This document shows positions 15,273 through 22,976 of a stretch of DNA of 22,976 bases, one piece after another. The notes beneath the pieces are model-generated. The model saw nothing but the letters and a program-made list of their open reading frames with translations, ran no database searches and was not told the DNA's origin. A program made the position numbers and the translations under genes. Position 1 is the stretch's first letter. Each line of letters opens with the position of its first letter. The DNA comes from Pseudomonadota bacterium (GTDB lineage Bacteria > Bdellovibrionota_B > Oligoflexia > Oligoflexales > RGVZ01): NCBI GenBank assembly GCA_041178085.1, contig JBEGVZ010000126.1, positions 1 to 22,976 on the forward strand, given 5' to 3'.

Positions 15273-17167
15273 ACCATCTTAAAAAGATTTTTGGTACGTT
15301 GGGGCGGGTTCTGCGCGGTTATTTCATGACCATCGGTATCCTCGTGACAGTCCTGCCAGTTCTCCTTTCGTGGGCGGCGCTGCGCCATTCCCATTCCTTG
15401 AGCCTGGGCAACCTTGCCTCCATGAACGGCGCCGTAACCCCACCGCGCAAGGAAACGCGGCTGGAGTGGACTCTGAACGGCGAATTGCTGGAGAACTCCC
15501 CGGACATCTCCACAAGGTTCTTGGAACGATTTTTTCAGCGTCAAACTGGTTTTTATCTGCCCGAGATACGTCGATCATTGCGTGCAGCAGCCAGTGACAA
15601 GCACATCAAAAGCTTGATGCTCAATGTTTACGAAATTCACGGGTCCAGTGCTGAATTCGAGGAGTTGAGGCGGATACTGGGTGACTTCAGGAAAAGCGGC
15701 AAACCTGTTTACATGCACCTTTCGACCCTGGACGATACGCTGCTGTACTTGGCATCTGCCGCAGATTCCGTGATCATGGCACCAGCGGGGGAAATCACGC
15801 TCACGGGGCCTACCTTCAACCTGACTTACTTTGGCGAAGCACTTAAAAAAATTGGTGCCAGTGTCGAAGTGGTCCGCCACGGAAAATATAAGTCCGCCTT
15901 TGAACCTTTCGTCTCCAACAAGCCGAGTCCTGAAACGCTGGAAATGTACCGGACCATGGAATCGAGTCTGCTAGACCACTTTGTGGACAAAATTGCAGAG
16001 GGCAGGAAACAGCCACGCGAGAAAGTTGCAAGCTGGTTCAAAAGGGGCATTTTCACGCCGGCCGATGCAGTCAGCGCCGGTATCGTCGATGCGCTCGGTT
16101 ACGGTGACGATGCGCTGGACCGTCTGGAAGCCGCAGCGCCGTCCAAGGCAGAGATGGATTTCGAGGATTTCATGGCGTTGCCCGGCGAACCATCCGTGGA
16201 GACCTCCGACCGGGGGAAAAAAGGAGCGACCGCGAGTGAAAAATCCGGCGGGCAGGCTGGTTTGGCATTGATCGAAGCCGTCGGTGAAATTCACATGACT
16301 GGATCTAACAGTTCCTCCGCGGATATCATCACCGCCGAACAGATGGTGAAAGAACTGCGCTGGGCGGCCGGAGAGCCGGACGCAAAAGCAGTGGTGATCA
16401 GGATTTCAAGCCCAGGCGGTTCTGCGACGGCATCTGATTTGATCTGGCGCGAAGTGGAGGCCCTGTCCCTGGAAAAACCGGTGATTGTTTCGATGGGGTC
16501 CTACGCAGCATCCGGTGGTTACTACATTGCCGCACCGGCAAGCTGGATCATTGCCGAACCGTCTACGATCACCGGATCGATCGGTGTCATCGGGATGAAT
16601 ATCAAACTTGCAGAAGTCGAAAAGAAATTTGGTCTGAGCTTTCATACGATCACATCCAGTGACCGGGCAAAACTCCTGAACCCTTCAACACCGTCCAGTC
16701 CAGAAGACAAGGCACTCCTGGCCAGAGCCGTGGACGACGTTTACCAGACTTTCATCGCCAAGGTTGCCGATGGCCGTGACCTGCCGATTGAACAAGTCGA
16801 ACGAATTGCGCAAGGACGGGTCTACACGGGCATTCAAGCCGAAAAACTTGAACTGGTGGATGAACTCGGAGGTCTGACTGATGCCTTCAGGGCTGCCAAA
16901 GAGTACGCCGGGCTGGACACCGAAAAGCTCTATCCCATCCTGCGCTACGAGGCTGACCGTCCGTCGCTGATGGATTGTTTATCCGGACCGTTAGGCATGA
17001 TGGAGTGCCTTGAATTCACCGGGACCAGGCTTCGCCAGCAGTTTGACCATTCCGTGATAGCTACTGCCGCTCCGGCGGTCCTTGGCAACACGCTCGATCG
17101 CACAGCACGGGTCATGAAGATTGCGGAACAAGACCGGATCATGGCCCTTTGGCCCGGATATCTCTAA
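15269..17167 (+). CDS. sppA: Signal peptide peptidase SppA, 67K two-domain type (S49)
   Basis: N-terminal TM anchor, FRKSGKPV, YLASAAD, GKYKSAFE (catalytic Lys), RISSPGGS, SMGSYAASGGYY (catalytic Ser), TITGSIGV, AQGRVYTG. ATGA overlap with the deoC stop. Confidence 0.93.
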   Translation: MNHLKKIFGTLGRVLRGYFMTIGILVTVLPVLLSWAALRHSHSLSLGNLASMNGAVTPPRKETRLEWTLNGELLENSPDISTRFLERFFQRQTGFYLPEIRRSLRAAASDKHIKSLMLNVYEIHGSSAEFEELRRILGDFRKSGKPVYMHLSTLDDTLLYLASAADSVIMAPAGEITLTGPTFNLTYFGEALKKIGASVEVVRHGKYKSAFEPFVSNKPSPETLEMYRTMESSLLDHFVDKIAEGRKQPREKVASWFKRGIFTPADAVSAGIVDALGYGDDALDRLEAAAPSKAEMDFEDFMALPGEPSVETSDRGKKGATASEKSGGQAGLALIEAVGEIHMTGSNSSSADIITAEQMVKELRWAAGEPDAKAVVIRISSPGGSATASDLIWREVEALSLEKPVIVSMGSYAASGGYYIAAPASWIIAEPSTITGSIGVIGMNIKLAEVEKKFGLSFHTITSSDRAKLLNPSTPSSPEDKALLARAVDDVYQTFIAKVADGRDLPIEQVERIAQGRVYTGIQAEKLELVDELGGLTDAFRAAKEYAGLDTEKLYPILRYEADRPSLMDCLSGPLGMMECLEFTGTRLRQQFDHSVIATAAPAVLGNTLDRTARVMKIAEQDRIMALWPGYL

Positions 17168-17174
17168 GACGATC

Positions 17175-17858
17175 TCACTTGCTGGTTTTTGGCTTGGCCA
17201 GGATGTCTTCCAGCGTCAAGCCAGTGAGGTGGCGGATGCGCGTGATCAGGCGCCACACGGCAAACATCATGACAGCCATCGAGGGCAATACGATCACCGG
17301 GTAGCTGAGCGCGGTCATCTGGCCCAGCTCCTCATTGAACTGTGGCGATCCAGGTGCGCTTTTCAGCACAATCCGGGCGAGGACAAAGTTCAAGACAGCG
17401 CTCAGGAAGAATGACGCCGCCAGGATCATTGTCGTAGAACGCATCAACCGAGTAAACTCGAGCGCTGCCTGACGCTCCTGCAAGGCCGCATCAACCCGCG
17501 GAATATCGATCACCTTGTCATTGTAAATCATGTGGTAAACCAGCGGTTTTGCCCCGTTGGCGGTGGCGACCACAAAGATTCCTATCAATCCCGGGATGGC
17601 GGCTTCCTTGATCGCAAACCAGCCGGGCGTCAGTTCCATGAGAGAGAATCCGCCGCTCAATCCCACGCTGAGCAAGCCAAAGACCGAAATGAAATCCTTT
17701 TTCCGGAAGCGGACGTATTCATAAATGCCCGCCGTCAAAGGAAAGGCGAGGGCAACAAACAAAAGGCTCTTCGGGTCAAGGGAAAGGTACTGTCCGCCTT
17801 TGGTCAGCAGCAGGGAGGGGATGACAACATTGATGATCAGACTCAGAAACGGACTCAC
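17175..17858 (-). CDS. Integral membrane protein, VC0807-like / septation-protein-A-like
   Basis: About six TM helices with LIINVVIPSLLL, WFAIKEAAIPGLIG, SFFLSAVLNFVLA and FNEELGQMTALSYPVIVLPS. GTG start after GGAG. Family label is from recall and unverified. Confidence 0.65.
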   Translation of the reverse strand: MSPFLSLIINVVIPSLLLTKGGQYLSLDPKSLLFVALAFPLTAGIYEYVRFRKKDFISVFGLLSVGLSGGFSLMELTPGWFAIKEAAIPGLIGIFVVATANGAKPLVYHMIYNDKVIDIPRVDAALQERQAALEFTRLMRSTTMILAASFFLSAVLNFVLARIVLKSAPGSPQFNEELGQMTALSYPVIVLPSMAVMMFAVWRLITRIRHLTGLTLEDILAKPKTSK

Positions 17859-17935
17859 GCATGGACTCCATGGAAAACTTGCGGTAAACCGTTAATAGCA
17901 TAAATGGACGAAAGCTGTATCTACAGGAGTATCTG

Positions 17936-18160
17936 ATGACCAAGGCTAAAAAAGCCGCCGGCAAGGCTGCCGCTGGCGCCCCCCGCAGTCCCTACAAGAT
18001 CATCAAGAAGCGTTCAGGCCGCTGGTCGGTCCTGGACCGCGGCACCCGCAAGTACATCAACGGCGCAGAAAAGCTCAAGGTTCTGGTCGCCAAAGGCCTG
18101 GTCAAGGTCAAGTTGCCGGAAGCCAAGCCCGCCGAAGGCACTGCTCCCGCCGAAGCCTGA
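17936..18160 (+). CDS. Small basic hypothetical protein (74 aa)
   Basis: Strong SD AGGAG shortly before the ATG and strongly biased codons (AAG, GCC, GGC). Lys/Ala-rich ends flank a core YKIIKKRSGRWSV...YINGAEKLKVLVAKGLVK. Confidence 0.8.
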   Translation: MTKAKKAAGKAAAGAPRSPYKIIKKRSGRWSVLDRGTRKYINGAEKLKVLVAKGLVKVKLPEAKPAEGTAPAEA

Positions 18161-18166
18161 TCTGCG

Positions 18167-20050
18167 TTGAAGCTGATCGTTGCAGAAAAACCCAGTGTGG
18201 CGCGTGACATTTGTGCCGCACTGGGTGGTTTTAGCCAGACCTCGCGCGATGTCTGGGAGAGCGACTGCTACGTCTGCACGGCGGCCCGCGGACACCTGCT
18301 CGAACTGTGCGAACCTCATGAATTCAAGCCAGAGTACAAACGATGGTCGTTTCGACTCTTGCCAATCATCCCCGAACGTTTCCGCATCAAGCCAAAACCA
18401 GATTTGATACCGCTCCTGGAACGGATCCGCAAACTGGTGGACCGTCCAGACATCACCGGCATCGTCAACGCTTGCGATGCTGCGCGTGAAGGGGAACTCA
18501 TTTTCCGGGAGATTCTTGCCTTCTGCAGGACGACCAAGCCGGTCGAGCGGGTTTGGTTGCAATCCCTTACCGCAGAGTCCATCCGCGATGGTTTTTCCCG
18601 GTTGAGACCGGCTAGCCAATTTGAAGGACTCGCCAACGCTGCAGCCTGCCGTGCCAAGGCCGACTGGTTGATTGGGCTCAACGCCACCCGGGCATTAACT
18701 CTACGCATGCGCCACGGGCTTGCCCGGGATGATGACGCTGCACGGGAAGTATACCCTGCAGGCAGGGTCCAGACGCCGACTCTTGCCCTGATCGTTCGCA
18801 GATGGCGTGAGATTCGAGACTTCAAGCCACTGGAATTTTATCGCGTCGAAGTCACATTGAAGGATCACGACGGGACGCCGCTCAAGGCACATATTTACCG
18901 CCCGGAATTCAAGAAGTCCGATCTTCAACCCGAACTTCGAGACGACCGGTGGTTTGAGCAGAGCGAAGCGCAGGTAATCGTCGACGAAATGCAGAATCAC
19001 TTCCATTCCGGTGGAACCGCTGCCCTGCAAAGGAAGGTTTCAAGACGCGACCAGGCCCCACCTGCCTTGTTTCACCTGACTGCGCTGCAACAGACGATGG
19101 CTCAGCGCCATGGCTGGACAGCAAAGAGGACTCTGGATGCCGCCCAGCGATGTTACGAAGAACATAAAGTCCTGACCTATCCCAGGACGGATTCACCCTG
19201 CCTGCCGTCAGACCTGCAGGACAAGGTGCTGGAGACAATTCAGACCCTTGGCGGGCTCGATGGCTTCAAGGAGGCCGCTGCCCGGATCAGCCGTGACGGA
19301 TTGAAGTACAAGGCTGAACGTTTTGACGATAGCAAGGTGTCGGACCACTTTGCGATCATTCCGACCGGCAAACTCAAGTCCGGAATCACCCATGCCGCGA
19401 ACCTTAAAAAGGATGACGATTCCTTGCTGTTTGACGTTGTTGCGCGGAGGTTCCTTGCTGCTTTTCAAGGACCAGCCCGACACATCAAAATCGAACGCAA
19501 GGGGCAGGCCGGCGGCCATTCGATTCGAGTGACGTTGCGGGAGATCCTCGCCGAACCAGGATGGCTTGCGACTTATGGCAAGAGCCAGGACCCCGAGGCG
19601 GCCAAGGTTGCCGCAAGTGGGCCAGAGACGTTGTCAGGTTCCGGTGCAAAGCTGGAAAACGGGACCACAAAACCACCCCCGGCCATCGACGAAGCGGCTT
19701 TGCTCCGCTTGATGCAGTTTGCCGGAAGGCAGGTCGAGGACCCGGAGCTTGCCGCCGCGCTGACGGCTGCGGATGGGATCGGCACCCCTGCCACGCGCGC
19801 CGAGATCATCGAAAACCTGAAACAACGTCGTTACGTGACCCAGGAGCTGCATCCGACCCCCAAAGGCGAGGCCTTGATCCATTGCCTTGAACAGTTGAAC
19901 GCCCGCCGCCTGACCTCGGCTGAACTGACAGCAGAGCTGGAGCTCCAGCTGTCAAAAGTGCAAAAAGGGGAGGCCCTTCCCGAGGCGTTTATGACTGAAA
20001 TCCAGGGCTACACCCGCGAAATTGTTGCTGCGATCGCCCAAATGCCCTGA
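18167..20050 (+). CDS. topB: Type IA DNA topoisomerase, topoisomerase III-like
   Basis: TOPRIM LIVAEKPSVA and NACDAAREGELIF, ADWLIGLNATRA, GRVQTPTL, active-site LTYPRTDS, DHFAIIPT, GIGTPATRAEIIE, LTSAELTA. TTG start; no C-terminal accessory domains. Confidence 0.9.
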   Translation: MKLIVAEKPSVARDICAALGGFSQTSRDVWESDCYVCTAARGHLLELCEPHEFKPEYKRWSFRLLPIIPERFRIKPKPDLIPLLERIRKLVDRPDITGIVNACDAAREGELIFREILAFCRTTKPVERVWLQSLTAESIRDGFSRLRPASQFEGLANAAACRAKADWLIGLNATRALTLRMRHGLARDDDAAREVYPAGRVQTPTLALIVRRWREIRDFKPLEFYRVEVTLKDHDGTPLKAHIYRPEFKKSDLQPELRDDRWFEQSEAQVIVDEMQNHFHSGGTAALQRKVSRRDQAPPALFHLTALQQTMAQRHGWTAKRTLDAAQRCYEEHKVLTYPRTDSPCLPSDLQDKVLETIQTLGGLDGFKEAAARISRDGLKYKAERFDDSKVSDHFAIIPTGKLKSGITHAANLKKDDDSLLFDVVARRFLAAFQGPARHIKIERKGQAGGHSIRVTLREILAEPGWLATYGKSQDPEAAKVAASGPETLSGSGAKLENGTTKPPPAIDEAALLRLMQFAGRQVEDPELAAALTAADGIGTPATRAEIIENLKQRRYVTQELHPTPKGEALIHCLEQLNARRLTSAELTAELELQLSKVQKGEALPEAFMTEIQGYTREIVAAIAQMP

Positions 20051-20055
20051 TTTAC

Positions 20056-20084
20056 TTGCTTTTTTGACCCAATTTTGGCATAGT
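20056..20084 (+). promoter_or_regulatory. Probable sigma70 promoter for typA
   Basis: TTGCTT (20056-20061), a 17-nt spacer, then CATAGT (20079-20084) with an extended -10 TG at 20076-20077, 25 nt before the ATG. Confidence 0.5.
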
Positions 20085-20109
20085 CCGCGAACCAAAAAAC
20101 AGGGTCCCC

Positions 20110-22011
20110 ATGAGCACAAAAACGGTCAATTCGCTTCGCAACGTCTGCATCATCGCCCACGTCGACCACGGCAAAACCACCCTGGTGGATCATTTGCTGC
20201 GCCAGGCCGGCACCTTCGCCGCTCACCAGGAGCTCAGCGAACGCGTCATGGACTCCATGGACCTGGAACGGGAACGTGGGATCACCATCTTGGCGAAAAA
20301 CACAGCAGTTAATTACAAAGGTACCAAGATCAACATCGTCGACACCCCGGGCCACGCCGACTTTGGCGGGGAAGTCGAACGCATCATGGGTATGGTTGAC
20401 GGGGCAATTCTGCTCGTTGACGGGGCCGAGGGACCACTTCCGCAAACGCGCTTCGTCCTTCAGAAAGCACTCAAATGCAACCACCGCGTCATCGTGGTGA
20501 TCAACAAAGTCGATCGTCCTGAATGCCGCGGCGGCGAACGTGTCCGCGAAGTGGTCAATCAGGTTTTCGACCTGTTCGTTGACCTTGGGGCAACCGAGGA
20601 ACAAGCGGACTTTCCGATCATTTACGCATGCGCCCGCCAAGGTTGGTGTACCCCTAACTTTGATGACATCGAAGACCTGACCGCCGGCACGAAAACGGGA
20701 GCCACCCTGGAGCCCCTTTTCACTACGATCCTGGACACCGTATCGCCGCCAAAGATCGACGATCGCCCGGACTTCTCGATGCTGATCGCAAACCTGTCCT
20801 ACTCTGAGTATGTCGGTCAGCTCTCCATCGGACGCCTGATGTCCGGGTCGGCGCGTCGCAACCAGCAGGCGGTGCGCCGCGGTGTTGACGCCAAGGGCAA
20901 TCCAAAGGACGAAAATTTCCAGGTCACGCGCGTTTATACGTTCGAAGGCTTGAAGCACGTTGAAGTCGACCAGATCACTGCCGGCGACATTGGTATCGTG
21001 GCCGGCTGCGACAATGTTGAGATTGGCGATACGATCACTGGCTCCACCGCAACCCCTGCGATGCCGCGGATCCTTGTCGAGAAACCGACTCTCGCAATGA
21101 TTTTCTCAATCAACACATCTCCCTTGTCCGGCCAGGAAGGGGAGGCGATCCAGTCGCGCAAGCTGCGCGAACGCCTGCAGAAGGAAGTCCGTCACAACGT
21201 CGCCCTGCGGTTTGAGGACACAGAACAGCCAGATCAGTTCCGGGTCTTGGGCCGGGGCGAATTGCAGTTTGCAATCTTGATCGAACAAATGCGCCGCGAA
21301 GGCTTTGAATTCATGGTCGGTCGTCCGGTCGTCCTCTACCAGACGGACGAAAACGGGCAACGCCTGGAACCCATGGAAAAGGCGGTATTGGATCTGCCGG
21401 AAGTTTTCGCGAGTGATGTGACTCGCCTGTTCCAGGAACGCAAGGGCATCCTCACCAAGTACGAAGCCGAATCGCTGGCCAGCACCGGCGGCCAGGCTCG
21501 TGTGCGCCTTGAGATCGAGGTCCCGACCCGGGGCTTGCTTGGAATGCGCTCGAAATACCTGACCGCGACGCGAGGCGAAGGCCTTTTCTCCACTGAACTC
21601 CTGGGCTACGCGCCCCACAAGGGCGAGATCATTCACCGCATCAACGGCGCCCTGATCTCTGACCGTGACGGCGAGACCGTTGAATATGCCCTTTTCGGAA
21701 TTGAAGAGCGTGGCGTGCTCTTCTTGGGACCGGGTAAGAAGGTTTACGAAGGGATGATCCTTGGTGAGCACGCCAAGGAACAAGACCTGAACGTCAACGC
21801 TTGCCGCGAGAAGAAATTGACCAACGTGCGCGCCTCGGGATCAGAGGTTCTTGTTACGCTGCAGGGGCTGCGGAAAATGTCGCTTGAGCAGTGCATCGAG
21901 TGGATCGAGGACGACGAGTGGATTGAACTCACGCCGGAGTCGATTCGCCTGCGCAAAAAAATCCTCAAGTCCAATATGCGCAGCGTGAAGCGCGAAGACC
22001 GGATCAAGTAA
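20110..22011 (+). CDS. typA: Translational GTPase TypA/BipA
   Basis: [84 protein letters not shown]. Confidence 0.98.
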   Translation: MSTKTVNSLRNVCIIAHVDHGKTTLVDHLLRQAGTFAAHQELSERVMDSMDLERERGITILAKNTAVNYKGTKINIVDTPGHADFGGEVERIMGMVDGAILLVDGAEGPLPQTRFVLQKALKCNHRVIVVINKVDRPECRGGERVREVVNQVFDLFVDLGATEEQADFPIIYACARQGWCTPNFDDIEDLTAGTKTGATLEPLFTTILDTVSPPKIDDRPDFSMLIANLSYSEYVGQLSIGRLMSGSARRNQQAVRRGVDAKGNPKDENFQVTRVYTFEGLKHVEVDQITAGDIGIVAGCDNVEIGDTITGSTATPAMPRILVEKPTLAMIFSINTSPLSGQEGEAIQSRKLRERLQKEVRHNVALRFEDTEQPDQFRVLGRGELQFAILIEQMRREGFEFMVGRPVVLYQTDENGQRLEPMEKAVLDLPEVFASDVTRLFQERKGILTKYEAESLASTGGQARVRLEIEVPTRGLLGMRSKYLTATRGEGLFSTELLGYAPHKGEIIHRINGALISDRDGETVEYALFGIEERGVLFLGPGKKVYEGMILGEHAKEQDLNVNACREKKLTNVRASGSEVLVTLQGLRKMSLEQCIEWIEDDEWIELTPESIRLRKKILKSNMRSVKREDRIK

Positions 22012-22024
22012 AAAGGAAGCAAAC

Positions 22025-22042
22025 TGGCCGCCGCGGCGGCCA
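22025..22042. repeat. Perfect 18-bp GC-rich palindrome/hairpin after typA
   Basis: TGGCCGCCGCGGCGGCCA is its own reverse complement. It is followed by an A-run rather than a T-run on the + strand. Confidence 0.75.
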
Positions 22043-22071
22043 CGAAAAAATTGCAACAGGGAGACTGATCG

Positions 22072-22976
22072 ATGACCACCACCTTCAGCCGACACCTGGT
22101 TCTTGCCGTCACGGCATTGTTTATTTCTACAGGCTGTCAACCAGCCGAATCCCGCATTCCCGTTGTTTCCCAGACGGATGCTGCCAGCAAATCGATCAGC
22201 CAACCCCCGGAATTTCAAATGACCCGGGAACTGCCAGACATCACCCGTCGCCTGACCAACGAGCTCAGCACGTGCTGGCTTCAAGCCGGCATCAAGGAAC
22301 TGGAAATGGCGCATTACCGCGTCACCGGTGACGTTCTGGAACTGTCCGAAGAATTCACCATGATGTCGGCCTTGCACGACCGTTTTTTGCGGATCATCCA
22401 GGGTTCAAAAATCAAGTCAGTAGAGCTTGAGGGGGGCGGCGAAATGAACGAAGTCCGCCGCCTTGCAGTCAGCTACGGCCTGATGCCTGACCGGACGTGG
22501 GGTCAAGGTGCGAAAGAGTGGGGAGAAATGGCCAAGGAGCTGAACCCCCTGGCCGCCACGCATCGCGAAGAGTTCCGCGCCGCCATCAAGGCTGGACAAT
22601 CCACAGACGGCGTCATCGAAGATGCAGAGGCCCACTTCTCAGATTTGCTGGATTCCTACGAAGTCCACGTTCCGACCTGGTTTCGCGTCGCGGGCAAAAA
22701 AACCAATCCGGTCGACTTCGCAGCCAGCTTTGCTTCCGAAAATTACCGGGATTACGTGATGTATGTGGCGCGAGCCCATTACCCGCGCAAGCCAACCAAA
22801 CGCGAACTTTTTACCGACCAGGACTCATTCCGTACCAGCTGGGAAAATATTGCGGAAACGATCGTCAGCCAGATCGACGATGGTCGCAGCGTGTTGCTGA
22901 CGATCATCTGGAGCAACCGTGTGATCGACGTGGAAGACGGAGTCATGCGCGTCAGCGGCCGGCCTACACGCCCGGA
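22072..22976 (+). CDS. Papain-like cysteine peptidase lipoprotein (C1B / aminopeptidase C-like), 3'-truncated by the window edge
   Basis: Translated by hand: open from ATG 22072 (SD AGGGAG) to the end of the window. MTTTFSRHLVLAVTALFISTG-C lipobox, STCW catalytic-Cys motif, LSEEF, EGGG, YGLMP and LDSYEVHVPTWFRVAGKKTNPVDFA, which resemble PepC/bleomycin-hydrolase blocks. Confidence 0.75.
   Translation, partial: MTTTFSRHLVLAVTALFISTGCQPAESRIPVVSQTDAASKSISQPPEFQMTRELPDITRRLTNELSTCWLQAGIKELEMAHYRVTGDVLELSEEFTMMSALHDRFLRIIQGSKIKSVELEGGGEMNEVRRLAVSYGLMPDRTWGQGAKEWGEMAKELNPLAATHREEFRAAIKAGQSTDGVIEDAEAHFSDLLDSYEVHVPTWFRVAGKKTNPVDFAASFASENYRDYVMYVARAHYPRKPTKRELFTDQDSFRTSWENIAETIVSQIDDGRSVLLTIIWSNRVIDVEDGVMRVSGRPTRP

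Noticed and set aside
14750..15544. 264-aa minus-strand ORF
   Set aside because: Antisense to deoC/sppA, both of which have clear conserved motifs.
18167..20050. topB as a marker of a conjugative element or ICE
   Set aside because: No relaxase, T4SS, integrase, ssb or att-like repeats nearby; flanked by typA and other chromosomal genes.
20008..22377. Long minus-strand ORFs (316, 225 and 178 aa)
   Set aside because: Antisense shadows of the highly conserved typA and of the downstream peptidase ORF.
1..22976. tRNA, rRNA, CRISPR arrays, IS elements, tandem repeats
   Set aside because: Intergenic gaps are all under 250 bp and show no cloverleaf, repeat-spacer periodicity or terminal inverted repeats with a transposase.

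Overview
A gene-dense bacterial chromosomal segment, roughly 55-60% GC by eye. The gene styles suggest a Bdellovibrionota/Oligoflexia-like or other delta-type Gram-negative organism (inference only). Core genes: serS, a Dus-family tRNA-dihydrouridine synthase, an addB-addA recombination helicase/nuclease pair, deoC, sppA, a compact type IA topoisomerase (topB-like) and typA/bipA. Interspersed envelope or secreted genes: HdeD/DUF308 membrane protein, CPBP intramembrane protease, beta-propeller lipoprotein, probable outer-membrane beta-barrel, trypsin-like lipoprotein, a VC0807-like membrane protein, a small basic protein, and a papain-like (C1B/PepC-like) lipoprotein that runs off the right edge and is absent from the ORF track. 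I saw no rRNA, tRNA, CRISPR array, IS, integrase, prophage or recognisable defence system, and I cannot support a clearly novel multi-gene system. The best leads are a cluster of perfect palindromes in the leader of the orphan beta-barrel gene, the divergent C1B protease, the small basic protein/topoisomerase pair, the protease-addBA linkage and some unusual domain additions.
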